Shown: in pieces, positions 51,123-64,000 of the stretch
How positions within the stretch are numbered: the stretch's first letter is position 1
Layout: the number at the start of each line of letters is the position of its first letter
NCBI GenBank assembly: GCA_963514005.1
Contig: OY740811.1
Coordinates: forward strand, 26,846,001 to 26,910,000
Source of the DNA: Raja brachyura
Lineage: Eukaryota
Direction: 5' to 3'
DNA length: 64,000 bases
Translations under genes and position numbers: made by a program
Notes under the pieces: generated by a model
The model's input: only the letters and a program-made list of their open reading frames with translations
The model's database searches: none
What the model was told of the DNA's origin: nothing

Positions 51123-51443
51123 TTATATCTCAACGATGGTAATCTCCTCTACATAAGTGTCTGTTTCACTGGCCGTTGACATCACATTCTCTTCTGGGTG
51201 GTAGTTTCCATTGTCCAGGAATCTCTGGACAGAGAGTTCTCTGGTGTCTGTGTTCTGACTGGTCAGCTCTTTTGTATCTGCGGGAGGAGCAGCAGCCACA
51301 GATGGCTGGTCTGCTTGAGGAGCTTCGAGCACCTCGGTGTCTCCCTCTTTCTCATTAGGAATGATAAGATTCCGAAGCCTTCTCTGACGGGGACTGTAGT
51401 TTTCCACTCGCCCGTGTATGTCCATGTGTCTCCTCAGGTGAGC
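51123..51443 (-). CDS. ZBTB48: ZBTB48 last exon
   Basis: acatag|[28 protein letters not shown]...EEITIVEI*. Confidence 0.94.
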   Translation of the reverse strand, partial: AHLRRHMDIHGRVENYSPRQRRLRNLIIPNEKEGDTEVLEAPQADQPSVAAAPPADTKELTSQNTDTRELSVQRFLDNGNYHPEENVMSTASETDTYVEEITIVEI

Positions 51444-54400
51444 CTATGTTTGAGAAAAATCCACATTTGTAGCACACCAAAGGATCTACTCCATATTTAC
51501 AGTGCATTTAATATAGCAGCATGTTCTGAGGTGTGTCATAGAAACAAAGACCAACATGGAACCACAAGGAGACGTTAGGACACTAGCTAAAAGTTAACTA
51601 GGCATATATTAATAACTAGGATAATTATATCAAATAGATCAGGTAAAAACTGACCTGTCAGCCGAACAAATCTATGGTTTATGCTCCACGTGAATCTCTC
51701 CAGTCCAACTCAGCTTATCACCTCTGCTTTCTCCCTCAACCTTTGCCAACTTCCCATTAGATAGATGTGCCAATTGGCACAGGTACTACGGTTCAGGCTA
51801 TGAAATGGAGTCGCTGAGTTTCACTCGATTGGCAGTGCTTGGCTCTTCTCTACCCAAACACAAGCACCTCTCCAAGTAATCACAATGCAGGAGTGAACAA
51901 ACACAATCATTTGAACAACTCTGCTCTACTTTAAAGTGTCTCAGCAGTCAAGGAGGACTCACCTGTCGAGTGAATTTGTAACCACATTCACTGCACTCGA
52001 ACTTCCTCACCCCTTTGTGTCTTCCGACATGAACACGCAACTGATCAACGGCTGAAATAAAGATGGAACGTCTTCTTAAAACTGAATGTCAACACTACCC
52101 CAACACCCTTCCCGAGAGCAGAATTCCCCTGAGTTTTTAGCCTTCTTTCTGGAATGGTGTGGAAATGGCTGACAGAGTTGTATCAGTGCCATACAGCCTC
52201 CTATATCGAACCTTGGTTGAATGCAAGAGGGAAATCAATCACAATATAGTTGGAGAGGGGCTTTCTAACCAATTTTCCCCACGATTCCTGGAATAGAAGT
52301 CCCTTTCCTAGTAATTCCACTCTAAAGTGACAAATTTCAGATGTATTGATGAGGGGAGTTACATTATGGTGGGGAAGGAAGAGTAAACGCAGAGAATGGA
52401 GTTATCCTGTTTTGGTGTTAATGTTAGCTGCTGTGTTGGAGGTTAATCCTATTCATGGGGATTGTAGAGAGGATGAAAAAGCAGAGCAAGGCTAGAACTC
52501 GTAAAATAACTCCAGCACAACCCGCTTTACCTTTGAAGGTCTTCCCACAGATGTTGCAGTCGTGCGGGCGACCCTCCTGATGCTTGCTGGCCATGTGACG
52601 ATGGAGAGGTCCCCTCTCCGTAAACCTTCGGTTACAGATCTCACAGCCAAACGGCCGCTCACCCGTGTGGGTCCTATTGTGTTTGTCCAGACTCGCTGGT
52701 GCAGATAGGAGATTGTTAATACAGTACAAAATGGGGATTACTTTCCAAATTTCAGGATCAAATCACATACCCTAAATTCACTTGGTCTTCCTGCAGCGCT
52801 CTCCTAGATACTCCATAAAACCATTTTCTTATTCATGCTTGGGACAAGGAAACGGGTAAAGATATCTGCCCCTGGATGCCCAGAGGTGGAAGTGGACATA
52901 CATCTGGAACTGTTGAAATCCACTCAAGAAAGCAGTTCCATTGCTGTAGGAGGAGTTGTATATCTTAAATAGGCATTTCTAAAAAGGACTCTAGACCGGC
53001 TAGATTTAACACCTCAGTAATAATTTGTAATGGCATTGGCTGTTGTTCAACTGTGGAAGGCATCTCACAGCCCAGTCTTCAGTAATCATTGAGTGAGTGG
53101 TAGAAACAAGGAACTGCAAATGCTGGTCTATCTAAAAAAGGAAGTACTGGAATAATGTAGTGGGTCAGACAGCATCCCTGGAGAACATGAATAAGTGACG
53201 TTCCAGGTCGGGACCCTTATTCTTCAGAAAGGTCCTGACCTGAAATATCACCTATCCATGTTCTCCAGGAATACTGCCTGACCTGTTGAGTTACTCCGGC
53301 ACTTTGTGTCTTTTAAAAAAATTACTTGAGAGCACAAGCCCCAGCTGACCCATCTCCTTTCCAGTCCCGCAGACCGATTCTTTGCTGCACTTAAGAGTGG
53401 CCGAGGTGCCTAACCAACTCAGTCTCACAGCAGCAGGACTACAATTGCCTTACTGTGGTACCGGCTGATGAATCTATCAACCCTGCTGCCGTGGGACATT
53501 AAGTGTGTGGGATCCTTCGTTAGAGACACAGAATCTAAGTTGGGCTCCTCACGATCCACCAGACACTCACCTTGGATCCTGAAAGTCTTCCCACACAAAT
53601 GACATTGGAATGGTTTCTCCCCTGTATGCGTCCGCAAATGGACATTCAGATTGCCCTTCTGGGTGAACCCACGGTCACAGAATTCACAAATGTACGGCCG
53701 TTCATTCCTGTAACACCAGTGCAAAAATAAAGTGAATGTTAACCTTCTCCATCAATCCCTCTCCTACTGCGACCAATGGCACTAAAACATTTGGCTGTGT
53801 GCGGCACATCCAACTACCACTTTTCTCTTCAACACTGATGACACTTGGACAATAGTTTAAAACATTTTTGGAATATTTTAAAAGAAACATCCATAGAAAT
53901 GTTTTTATTAAAAAAGACTGGTTGCTATATTTTGCAGTTGAGATGATTTAAGTAATTGCTCCATGCAGCTCGAGACTGTGGCCAGCAGCCATTTATCCCC
54001 TTACTAAACATTTAAAAAAATCAGAGACACAGGAGCAGTGGAAAACAAACTTTAGAAAGAAGAGCAATGACCTTTAATTTCACCATTGACAGTTCAGAAT
54101 TATGTAGCCATCGTACCAGTGCCTACTCGCTCTTAAAGACCTGTCCAGTTAGTTCTACTCCTGGACTCTTTCTTTAAGAGTCGACAACTTCCATTGCTGC
54201 AATCATTCACCTACATTCTCCCCCCCACCAAATGTCACTGCTCTCATTACTTTCATCTGGTGAATCCCAGACACACGGCACATCTACCTGCTGGTTCTTA
54301 TCGGAATTTTACCTCGACATTAAAATTGTTTTGAAATTGCAATGAAACTCTGACAGGCCTGGAGTAACTGTATCAGTTTGTAATTATCACTGTGCTGGGC

Positions 54401-57400
54401 CAGTGATATTTTGCTGCTCATCTCGTATCCACCAATTGCACAAAAAGGAACCAGAAACAAAATCTTGCGCTATTACCAAAAATAACTTGTTTCACTGTTG
54501 TAAATGTGTAATTAAGGAACTGGAACATCTAAATCAGCCTGGCAGTTGACTTTTGTGATGCCTTATTTATTAGTCTCTCAATCACATGCAGTAGATATGC
54601 TGGCTATGTGGTTGTAATGGGACACACTGTTCATGCTCCCTAGGTATAGGAGACTAAGGTGTACGAACAATACAATACCATTTATTGTCATTGAACAAGT
54701 GAGCTAACTAATGGTGCACCAGTGCATCTTTTGATTTAAAACAAATAGTAAAATTCAGTCACATGCAAATTAATTGGCACAGGCCTAGTTTTTGAACCTA
54801 GTACAAAAGATACATTTTTACAGTAGAAAGCTTACATTTGGGAAATGTCTCTCTATCCATTCATTTCTCTCAGGTCACCAGCTAATTACAATTAATTTTG
54901 AGCCATTTCCCAGTCCATCCAAAATCTCTATATAAATGCCCCATGATTCTCTGCAAACCCAACCTGTTTCAAAGATATTGATTTTACTGGAAGAGCTCAC
55001 TAATTTGTTTTCTAATGTTTTATTCTATTAAGTTCACATTGACGGTTGAACTATTAATTTGTGTAACAAGGAACTGCAGATGCTGTTTTACAATGCTGGA
55101 GTAAGTCAACGGGTCAGGCAGCATCTCTGGAGAAAAGGAATGGGTGACATTTGGATCAAGACATCTTCATCAGACCTATGCATTTGGACCATTTGATCTT
55201 CCCAGCTCCCAGCATTTCAAACTGTTAGCAAAATGAGGTGCTGTGCTGAACTCACCCACGTGCACCCCTCGCTGGTTAAGTAATGGGAAGCCGCTGCACA
55301 CGGACTGTACCTGTGCTTGGACTTTATGTGCATCTGCAGGCCATGGCGGGTGGAAGCCCTGTGACCACACTCCTCACACACAAACAGCTTCTCTCCCTGG
55401 TGTCTGGACAACTCATGCTGATGCAAGTCGTTGCGGGAGAGGAAGCATTTGGAACAAGCAGGACACTGAAAATCAAGACACATTGCACGTTAGTTGTTTA
55501 CCAATCCATCTTTACAGTAGTGGGGAGGGTGTTAACGTGTCATAGAGCGAGACAGAGAATCACACAAGATGACAGATTCACAGTGGGTGAATAATGACTC
55601 CGACTGGGTTACAGTGAGCAGTTGAGGACAAGGGACCATTCTCCACATGAAATCATACCAAGCACACAAAAGCATTTTCAACTATCCCAGTTATGCCCAC
55701 TGCAGAACATCTATGTATTTTCCAGCAAGATCACCTAGTAGTAATCAAACTAGAAGGATCGGAGCACTAAGATCAACCCTCACACCTATCTGGTTTCTCT
55801 GGGCTGCTATTTGCTAAATCAATAGAAACCAAAGATTGAAGGAAGCTGATAATGCATTTACCAAATGAACCCTTCATATTCTTTGCTAAACCTTTGTGAT
55901 ATTTGATGCGTCTCCTCTTCGTGGATCCCTCCATTTGGAACCCTCTCGTTTCACAATCCAAAAATCGAACTCACCGATGGTGCCATGTAGCTGCCAAGTG
56001 CCATAACTCCAGCATGCCCTTCAGCAATAGAAATGCATTTACCAGCATCATTCAAATGTTACAACACTAGAATTTAAATATCTCAAGGCAGCAAATGAAT
56101 GGGGAACTCCAGGTGTCCCACAATTAGCAAATTATTCCCAATTGGAATTGGTCTGTTGTGATCATTGGGTCAAACCTCTGGAAGATCAGACCAAAGTAAC
56201 CAAGGCCACCTCAGAATCCACATCTAATCACCCTTGACTGAGGAACAGAGCAAGAAAAAAAAAGTGCTTTGCGGTAATGCCCCTTCCTGTCCTAAAGCAT
56301 TTACACCTCTCCTATTTATCCATCCCTTTTTCATTTTCTTGTACCCATCCTACTTCAGCTTGCTATTCATCTCACGATGAAGCTATCCAGGTTTGCCTTG
56401 ATCAAGAGTACCTTGTTTGTGGGGCTCTCGGATGCTAGCGAGAGAATATAATGTTAAACTTACTTTCTTGTACTCACCGGGAATGGTTTTGGTGCGCCGT
56501 GAGATTTAATCATATGACTCTGCATGTCTTTCTTCTGCATGAATTGCTGAGGACATGAGGGGCACTAGAAGGGTTAAAACGTGCAGAAAATCAGAGTTGC
56601 AGGGAGGTGTTACCTGTATTAAAAAACATGTTTCCAACATCAGGAATGGCAGTGTGGGACCTGTGTGCTAAACATTTGTGGCGCAGTGATCACATCTACA
56701 GCCCAATAGTGTTTGGTTCCTGCAGTACGCACAGTGTAATATTCACAGATTATCCCTGCATCAACTGTCTATACTAGGCATGTTCTTTGGAATTTCTATT
56801 ACCTTTCAGTAAATAATGTTAAGCTCTTTAAAAATTGGTTGGACTCCTACCGCAGTAATAAGGTCAACTCTGGTCATTTTAAAGATGCCAATGCTTTGGA
56901 AGGAGTGCAGAACCAATTTGCTGCAAAGGTAACAGGGATAATGAAATGTTGATGTTGGCTTCTCCGTGTGCCTGTCGTCCTTAGACCAGAGAACTACTCA
57001 CTTGCTTGGAAAGGAGGTTGGGGGAGAACTGAACCCAAACAGATTCAGAAGAAAAGGAATCAAAGATGCAAATGAAAAACAAAGAACTCTGGACCATGTT
57101 TTGAAGGCAGAGGAAACCAAGGTTAGTAAATAGAACAACTATTATATATTTAATAGTTTATAACAACAATTTATATATTTAATTACATGTACTTGAGATA
57201 TTTATATTTTCACTATGAGGGAGTCCAGGAACCTCCGGGAAGTGTCAACGCTGGGTGTTACTGATACTTTGCTTAAAGAGCACCGGTGGCAGCTCAACAT
57301 TCAGGGGAGGGATGACAAAAATAAAATACAAGCTGAAGAAACACTTCTACATGTGAGCAGAAAAAATATGAAGCAATGAAGCAATATTAATTGAACTGAA

Positions 57401-60400
57401 AAGCAAATGAAAAATTATACTCCTGGAAATGCACTTACACAGTCAGAAGCAGAAGATCAAATGTGAAGGAAGTTTCTGAGAATTGCAAAATAGACAGTGG
57501 TAGAGGAACTTCCATTAATCAATGTAAATTAGAAAAGTATTATTTAAAAAATCGCTCCACAATTCTTAAAGTGCATTCTGAGAAAATAATATGCAGCTAG
57601 CGCTGGAATGAAATGTTATGCAAAGTCTGGGGTTAAAGCTAGCCAGGAGAACAGGGTATTGGCAAAATGACCATGATTCTGAATTGCTCTTTTAGATCAA
57701 AGCCAAAATAATTCTACTTAGATGCAATGTAACTAACAGGGGAGTGGAAACAATTATATGAAGGTATATGGGCAACACAGTGGTGTAGTAGTAGAGCTAC
57801 TGCCTTACAGTGCTAGACACCCAAATTCAATCCTGACTACGGGTGCTATCTGTACAGAGTTTGTACATTCTCCCCGTGACCTGCATGGCTTTTCTCCGAG
57901 ATCTTTGGTTTCCTCCCACATTCCAAAGACTCCTGGTCTGCACGGACTCGGTGGGCCGAAAGGCCTGTTTCCGTGCGGTTTCTCTAAACTAAACTAAAAT
58001 CAAGATCAGAGCAATGGGACATATTCAAGCAAAAGTATTTAGGTTCAGGGAAAAGAGGAAAGGGGAGTGGATCTTCCAAATCCAAAATCCTAGAAATCCC
58101 AGATAAATACTGAAAATACCCAGCAGCTTAGGCAGCAAGCTGTGCAAAGAGCTTCCAGTGAATGACCTGTAATCAGAATTTGGTAAAGGTGGCAATCAAA
58201 CATGGCCTGTGTATCATTTGGGGAGGGTTGAAGAGAAGATATAAACAATGTTATAACTGGGGAATATAAAACACTGGAACGTTAACTCTGCCTCCCGCTT
58301 TCACCTCTTGCATCTTTTTTTTCCCAAATCTAGTTCCCTGGATATAGAACAAAGGCAGGAGGAAGCAAAAGATAGCAAAGCTTATACAGCATAAAACCAT
58401 GGAGAATAAAACTACAGAGATGAAAATAGAAAGAAAAACTGCAAGAGGTCATAAAATAGTTGGCAATAGAAATATCAAAAGAATACTTGAGTAAAATAAA
58501 AACTAAGGGAAGACTAGGACCCACTAGGAACCAAAGAGGTTACCTCTGGTGGTGGTACATGTGGGTATGATTCTCAAAGAATACTATGTGTGTGTCCTCA
58601 TAAAGTGGAACAATGCAGATAGTCTAGTAACGGAAGAGGAGAGTTAAGATATTGTATAGGATAAACTTGGCAAATGACAAAACTGCAAGGGATTTAATTA
58701 TTTGAAAGTAGATAAAAATCAGAACGCCAGAACTAAATGCATCCCAGACCACCATGAAAAGAAGGGAAGAAATAAAAGGTTCGGACCATTTTCAAATGTC
58801 TCTGGACATGGGCAAGGTGTCAGAAACCAGGAGAACTAGTGCACCATTGTTTGGAAAAAAGATGGGAAAGGGTTTAACAGAGTATTTGCTTGCCACAATC
58901 CAACTTCAGTAGTGGGAAAGTCCCTGTAAAAAACGGAATAGATTAATCAAGGGTCATCGGCATGGATCTACAGTACAGGAAGATTGTGTCTAACTAATAT
59001 GATCACATTTTGAGTAGATATCAAGGATGCTAGAGGATAGCACAAAACAATACCAATGTTACACATGAAGATGTTGGCAAAATCCACATGTCAAATGGAA
59101 TTGCCCTGGTTCTTAACTTTCACCCCACTGGTCTCTGCAATCAATGAGTCACCCTTCACAATTTTCATCAGCTCCAATGAGATTTAACTTCCCAGACACA
59201 TATTCCTTCCCCCTTCCATGTCAGTACTTCAAAAGGATCACTTCCTTCAAGACTCTTTGATCTGCTATTCCGTCTCCACCAACCACTCATCTCATGACAC
59301 TTTCCCCACAGGAAATGCGAAACATGTCCTTTCACCTCTTCTCTCTACACACTCGAAGACGCAAACAATCTTTTCAGCTGAAGCAATGATTCATGTGGAC
59401 ATTTTCCCAACTTTATTTTATAGCAGTCAGTGTTCCCAATGTGGTCCCTCTACAATGGAGATGTAGATTGGGCGATCACTTTGCTGGTACAGTGCCACTC
59501 TCTGTGGATTCAGCCTGTGGGAGTGACACTGCTCTTTCAATTGCCTGCCACTTTAATTCTCCACCCCACTCTGACCTCCTGCACTGTTACATTGAGGAAA
59601 TATGTAAACTTGCTGAACACCTCAACAACCATCTGGATACATTACAATCTGATGAACTCAATTTCAAATTCTCCAGCTCTAGGTAACTTGCTCTTTCTTT
59701 CAGTCTGTTTGTATTAAACCACCGGGTGGCGCCAGCAATGGCTGCCCCGCTAACCGTCTGTCTAGTCCATTCCTTCTTTGTGTTTTATAGAATGTGTTAA
59801 ATGTATGTTTTAGTGTTCTTTAAACTTTTTTAAATCTCTTACCTCGACGGAGATGCAATTTTTTTTCTGTATCTTATCTGTCCGCACTGCAGCCTAACAT
59901 CGTGGAGTTGGCGGCGTCTGCTGGAGACAGACTTCGGGAGGACTCCAACCGCAGGAGCCTGCAGGACTTACCATCGTGGAGCTTGCGATCTCCTTGCCAG
60001 GGATCGACCGAGCAGCTCCAACCGCGGGAGCCTGCAGACTTTAACATCGTGGAGCTCGTGGTCTCTGGACAGGGACTGATTTCGGGAGCTCGAAGCCGCA
60101 GGAGCTTCGACCGCCCCGACAAGGGAGATTTGTTCGCCCCGACACAAGGGCTTCAACCACCGGCTGCGGGAGCTTCAACCGCCCCGACTGCAGTTCGACT
60201 GCCCCGACCACGGGAGAATAAAGACGGAAGATGATGGGACTTAATTGCCTTCCATCACAGTGAGAAATGTGGGGAATCTGCTGTGGTGGATATTTATGTT
60301 AACTTATATGCAGTTGTGTGTCCTGTTGCTTTTTTTTTAGCATGGCTGTAAGGTAAATCGAATATCACTGTACCTCAATTGGTTCACGTGACAATAAACC

Positions 60401-63400
60401 GCCCTGAACCTTGAACTGTTAGTTCTGCTTTACATCCAGCTCTGATTTTGGCTATTTTTTTCTCCCCGGATTTGCATGGCCCAAGCTGCTGGGCATGTCC
60501 CACAGCCCTGCTAATAGTGACACAGGTATATAACTTTGGTCCCGTCTATTCCTCCACCACTTTCCCAGCAACTTTAAACTCACGTCTGTTCCCTCTTTTT
60601 CAGTTCTGATAGTCTTGGCCCTGCAATGGTAACTCTCTTTTCACAACTGCTGCCTATCCTCTGAGCGTTCCCAGAATTTTCTAATTTTATTTCCAATTTC
60701 CCACATCTGAAGGATAATTTTTCAGATTTATTTTTCCATGTGGCAGACTGATCTTTAATGAGAAAGCTCAGGGGATCTAAGGGACAGTAATACGTTGGAT
60801 TGAATTTGGTTTGTATGATAAGAAGCAAAGAATAATAATTGTCCTAAGTTTTGGAAGTCAGAGGGCTTTTTCCAGTTTGATTCCAAGAAACTCAGTCCTA
60901 AATAATTTACCTCGTGTACTACATATCAATGTTTTAGCATTATTTTTTTTTCCCACACACCCTTTCTCCTTGTCTAACTCAAGCTTAATTGTAGGTCCAG
61001 AAGCTTACTCAGCTGAGATCCGTTAACTCAGTGCAAATCAGTCAGCCTGAAAATAATAAGGACCTACCTTGAAGGGCATCTCACCTGTGTGAGATACCAG
61101 GTGGTTCCTTAGCTCAATCCTTCCTTTAAATGTCTGGTTACATTCAGGACAAGTGTAAACCTGTGGGGAAGTAAAGCATTTAAGATTGTGGTCAGAATTA
61201 TATCTGTATAAAGATAGAAGATGGCCAAGAGGCCAGTTTGTACATTGCCTTTAAGCTGCCGTACACTTCCTAACAGAATACAGCTTGGATAGAATGGGCA
61301 CTTGCAAGGTGTTTACAGATGATGGAATGTCAGTCAAAAGCAAGTTTGAGGCCTCGGGATTATAGTTTGAGGAGCGACGCCTACACATTGGGGGGGGGGG
61401 GGGGGGATTTCTGCAACTGATATAGACATGGACAGATGCCAGAGGCAGAAGACAACACAACACAAGGTGGAATGCAACAATGAGCCCTTGTATAGAGTTG
61501 TAGATAAAAGACCCAAACTTATAAAATGGATCAACATATGATGAGTGTTTGACAGCACTGGGCCTGTACTCACTGGTGTGTAGAAGAATGAGGGGGGATC
61601 TCATTGATATGTATCGAATAGTGAAAGGCTTGGATAGGGTGGATGTGGAGAGGACGTTTCCACTAATGGGAGAGTCAAGGACTAGAGGTCATATCCTCAG
61701 AATTAAAGGATGTTCTTTTAGGAAGAAGATGGGGATGAATTTCTTGAGTCAGAGGATGGTGAATCTGTGGAATTCTTTGCCACAGAAGGATGTGGAGGCC
61801 AATGGATATTTCTAAGGCAGAAATAGATAGATGCTTGGTGTCAGGGGTTATGGGAGAGAAGGCAAGAGAATGGGATTACGAGGGAGATAGATCAGCCATG
61901 ATTAATATACAGAGAAGACTTCATGGGCTGAATAGCCTAATTCTTTGAAGTGTCCACCAGGTGGCGCCGTCCGCAATGGCAGCCTCGCCAACAGTCTGTC
62001 TGTCTTTCATCTTTTTTGTTATTTTTAGTGTGTTTTAAAAGTATGTGTTAATGGCCTCTGGTTTGTTTTATGTGGGGGTCGGTGGGGAGGGGGTCAGTGG
62101 AAACCTTTTTCAACCTCTTACCTTACCGGAGATGCAACTGTTTTCCAGATCGTATCTCCGGTCACTCTGCAACCTAACATCATGGAGCTGGCGGCCTTGC
62201 TCAAGACCGACTTTGAGCCCCACCACTAGGCCGTGGACTTACCATGGAAGCCTGCGATCCCTTGCCTGGGATCAACGCTCCAACCGCGGCCTTCAACATC
62301 GAGCCGCTCGTGGTCTCGGTTAGAGACTGATGTCGGGAAGCTCCAAAGTCGCAGGGGAGCTGAGATCCCCCTGATGCGAGAGCTTGATCGCCCCGACGCG
62401 GACGGCTCGACCGTCGGTTGTGGGAGCCAAGATTGCCCCGACAACGGAAGGTTTGAATGCCCCGACCGTGGGAGACAAAGAAGGGAAGATTGAACTTTAT
62501 TTGCCTTCCATCACAGTGAGGAATGCGGAAGAGTCACTGTGGCGGATGTTCATGTTAAAAATTTATTTGGGTGCCTTGTTGCTCTTTATTGGTATGACTG
62601 TATGGCAAATGAAATTCCCCATATGTTGCAAAACATACTTGGCTAATAAAGTACTATTACGATTATGATTCTGCTCCAATCACTTATGACCTTATAAAGC
62701 CACCCGCAAAATCTTAAACATTTCAAAGATTGCCGAGCTAAACAAGTAATTTTCAAAATGTGTAGGAAGGAACTGCAGATGCTGGTTTAAACTGAAGATA
62801 CACAAAATGCAGTCGTTGCAGGAATCAAGGACAGAATTTAAAATTAGAGCTTAATGGCGAAAAGGCCAGACCACAAAGCATGAATGAACAGGATTTCTAG
62901 ATATAGTCATGATATTTCAATGTTATACCCAAGACTTACAAACCCTACAATATACCTTGAAATTGCCTTTTTAGAGTGGAGACAGATGTCAGAATTTACC
63001 TCAAATACATAGCTTGCCCACTTGCAAGGCTGAGGTTGAAACCCATCCCAGAGATTAAGGTACAGAGTTTACACCAGGACTCCGGTGTTGCACAATATAT
63101 TTTAATAACGGCATTATGTTTAAATTCTGTCTGCTCTTTTAGCTGCTACAAGATTCAACAACATTAAGAGAGGCATAAACAGGGTAGACAGTCACAACCT
63201 TTTCCCCAGGGTGGAAATGCCCCAAACTAGAGGGCATAGGCTGAAAGGTGGGGGGTGGAAGGAAATCTATTGGAGATGTGTAGGGAAAGTTTATTTTTAT
63301 TTTTATTTACACAAAGAGTGGTGGGAGCCTGGAACACACTGCCGGGGGTGATGTTGGAGGCAGCAACGATAGTTCATTCAAAGTTAAAAAAATTCTGGTG

Positions 63401-63899
63401 ATTATCACACTGCTCTTTGTAGTAGCTGCTATATTTCTGACTAAAATTTAAAAGAATAATTTCTATAGACTGTACATGAAGCAGTACAAATGAAAGCCCC
63501 CATTTCTTTAATTCTTGTTCCTTTCAATTTGTTCAGACTTTAAACGCGATCAGAACAGATAATTATAATAGAGGGTTTATTCCCCCAGATGACAACAGTA
63601 TTGGTTACTAAATGCAGCAATTTAATAGGGCCATTAAAACAAATTAGTCAAAAAACTGTAGAGGCAAGAACTTCAAGACCAAATTGGTGCCAGAAATGCA
63701 TGAATGTTAAAATATGAAGACAAAATGAGGCAAAAATAAAAGGATCCTTGTAATTGAAAAAGCTACTGAGAAACCTGGATTCCATACCACTCCCGTCCTC
63801 GTGATGCAATTCCTAGCCTCGTGTTTAAGCAGATTTTCTTTCCTGAAGTAGCATTTTCCACACTTGCTGCATTTAAAGGGCTTCTCTCCTGTGTGTTTT
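51123..63899 (-). CDS. ZBTB48: Zinc finger and BTB domain protein 48 (TZAP), 3' part: join(63899-63788, 61160-61068, 56564-56478, 55465-55311, 53707-53571, 52695-52531, 52051-51963, 51443-51123). The 5' exons lie beyond the window.
   Basis: Ten tandem zinc fingers with ZBTB48-typical sequence: [79 protein letters not shown]. All introns are GT-AG with compatible phases, and the gene is tail-to-tail with KLHL21 as in human. Confidence 0.96.
51963..52051 (-). CDS. ZBTB48: ZBTB48 exon (89 nt)
   Basis: tttcag|[30 protein letters not shown]|gtgagt. Confidence 0.94.
52531..52695 (-). CDS. ZBTB48: ZBTB48 exon (165 nt)
   Basis: caccag|[16 protein letters not shown]...CNICGKTFK|gtaaag. Confidence 0.94.
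53100..53312. mobile_element. Palindromic Penelope-terminus repeat
   Basis: Inverted arms ctggagaacatgaataagtgac / atcacctatccatgttctccagg. Confidence 0.75.
53571..53707 (-). CDS. ZBTB48: ZBTB48 exon (137 nt)
   Basis: ttacag|[10 protein letters not shown]...[11 protein letters not shown]|gtgagt. Confidence 0.94.
55311..55465 (-). CDS. ZBTB48: ZBTB48 exon (155 nt)
   Basis: tttcag|[14 protein letters not shown]...[11 protein letters not shown]|gtacag. Confidence 0.94.
56478..56564 (-). CDS. ZBTB48: ZBTB48 exon (87 nt)
   Basis: ttctag|[29 protein letters not shown]|gtgagt. Confidence 0.94.
57770..58000 (+). mobile_element. tRNA-derived V-SINE (HE1-like), internally deleted
   Basis: tRNA-like head, V-core and tail gggccgaaaggcctgtttcc...ctaaactaaac. 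Confidence 0.8.
59090..59700 (+). mobile_element. Old Penelope-like fragment
   Basis: QCSQCGP..., [18 protein letters not shown]; homologous to 38540-38980. Confidence 0.65.
59719..60415 (+). mobile_element. GC-rich non-autonomous repeat (~700 bp) with a Rex1-like 3' tail
   Basis: Shares the head ggtggcgcc..caatggc.gcc, internal (acttaccatcg/ctttaacatcg) units and gccttccatcacagtgag with the copies at 61953 and 5185. Confidence 0.75.
61068..61160 (-). CDS. ZBTB48: ZBTB48 exon (93 nt)
   Basis: ccacag|[31 protein letters not shown]|gtaggt. Confidence 0.94.
61530..61945 (+). mobile_element. CR1 LINE 3' end
   Basis: [26 protein letters not shown]...[14 protein letters not shown]. Confidence 0.88.
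61953..62670 (+). mobile_element. GC-rich non-autonomous repeat, same family as 59719
   Basis: Same head, same gccttccatcacagtgagg block and an aataaa tail. Confidence 0.75.
63788..63899 (-). CDS. ZBTB48: ZBTB48 exon (112 nt)
   Basis: ctttag|A AAA CAC ACA GGA...GGA GTG|gtatgg. Confidence 0.93.
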
Positions 63900-64000
63900 C
63901 TAAAGGTTAAAAACATGTTAGAAATTAGTTTGTTTTAGAGTTACCAATGTTAAATAAAGACCACCTCTGTATTAGGAATACAATCAAGTAACATAAAGAT

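Overview
Vertebrate genomic DNA, inferred to be an elasmobranch (skate, ray or shark) from its HE1-like SINEs and its CR1, Rex1 and Penelope repeat content. It holds four spliced genes in the order and relative orientation of the human 1p36 block: THAP3 (-, 4 coding exons, 222 aa), PHF13 (-, 4 exons, 356 aa), KLHL21 (+, 4 coding exons, 605 aa) and the last 8 exons of ZBTB48/TZAP (-; the gene continues past the window end). Exon borders were read by hand from splice signals and frame continuity. Introns and intergenic DNA are full of CR1, Rex1/Babar and Penelope fragments and SINEs. The most notable observations are: (1) about a dozen short Penelope-terminus repeats carrying a minimal hammerhead-ribozyme core, several arranged as head-to-head palindromes; (2) an 8x coding minisatellite (LAPEP) in PHF13; (3) a GC-AG first coding intron and a probable 13.5-kb 5'UTR intron in KLHL21; (4) a ~58-bp tandem array of YY1/X-box-like motifs directly upstream of the THAP3 start codon; and (5) two small unclassified inserts with target-site duplications. 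No prokaryotic-type system or CRISPR array is supported.
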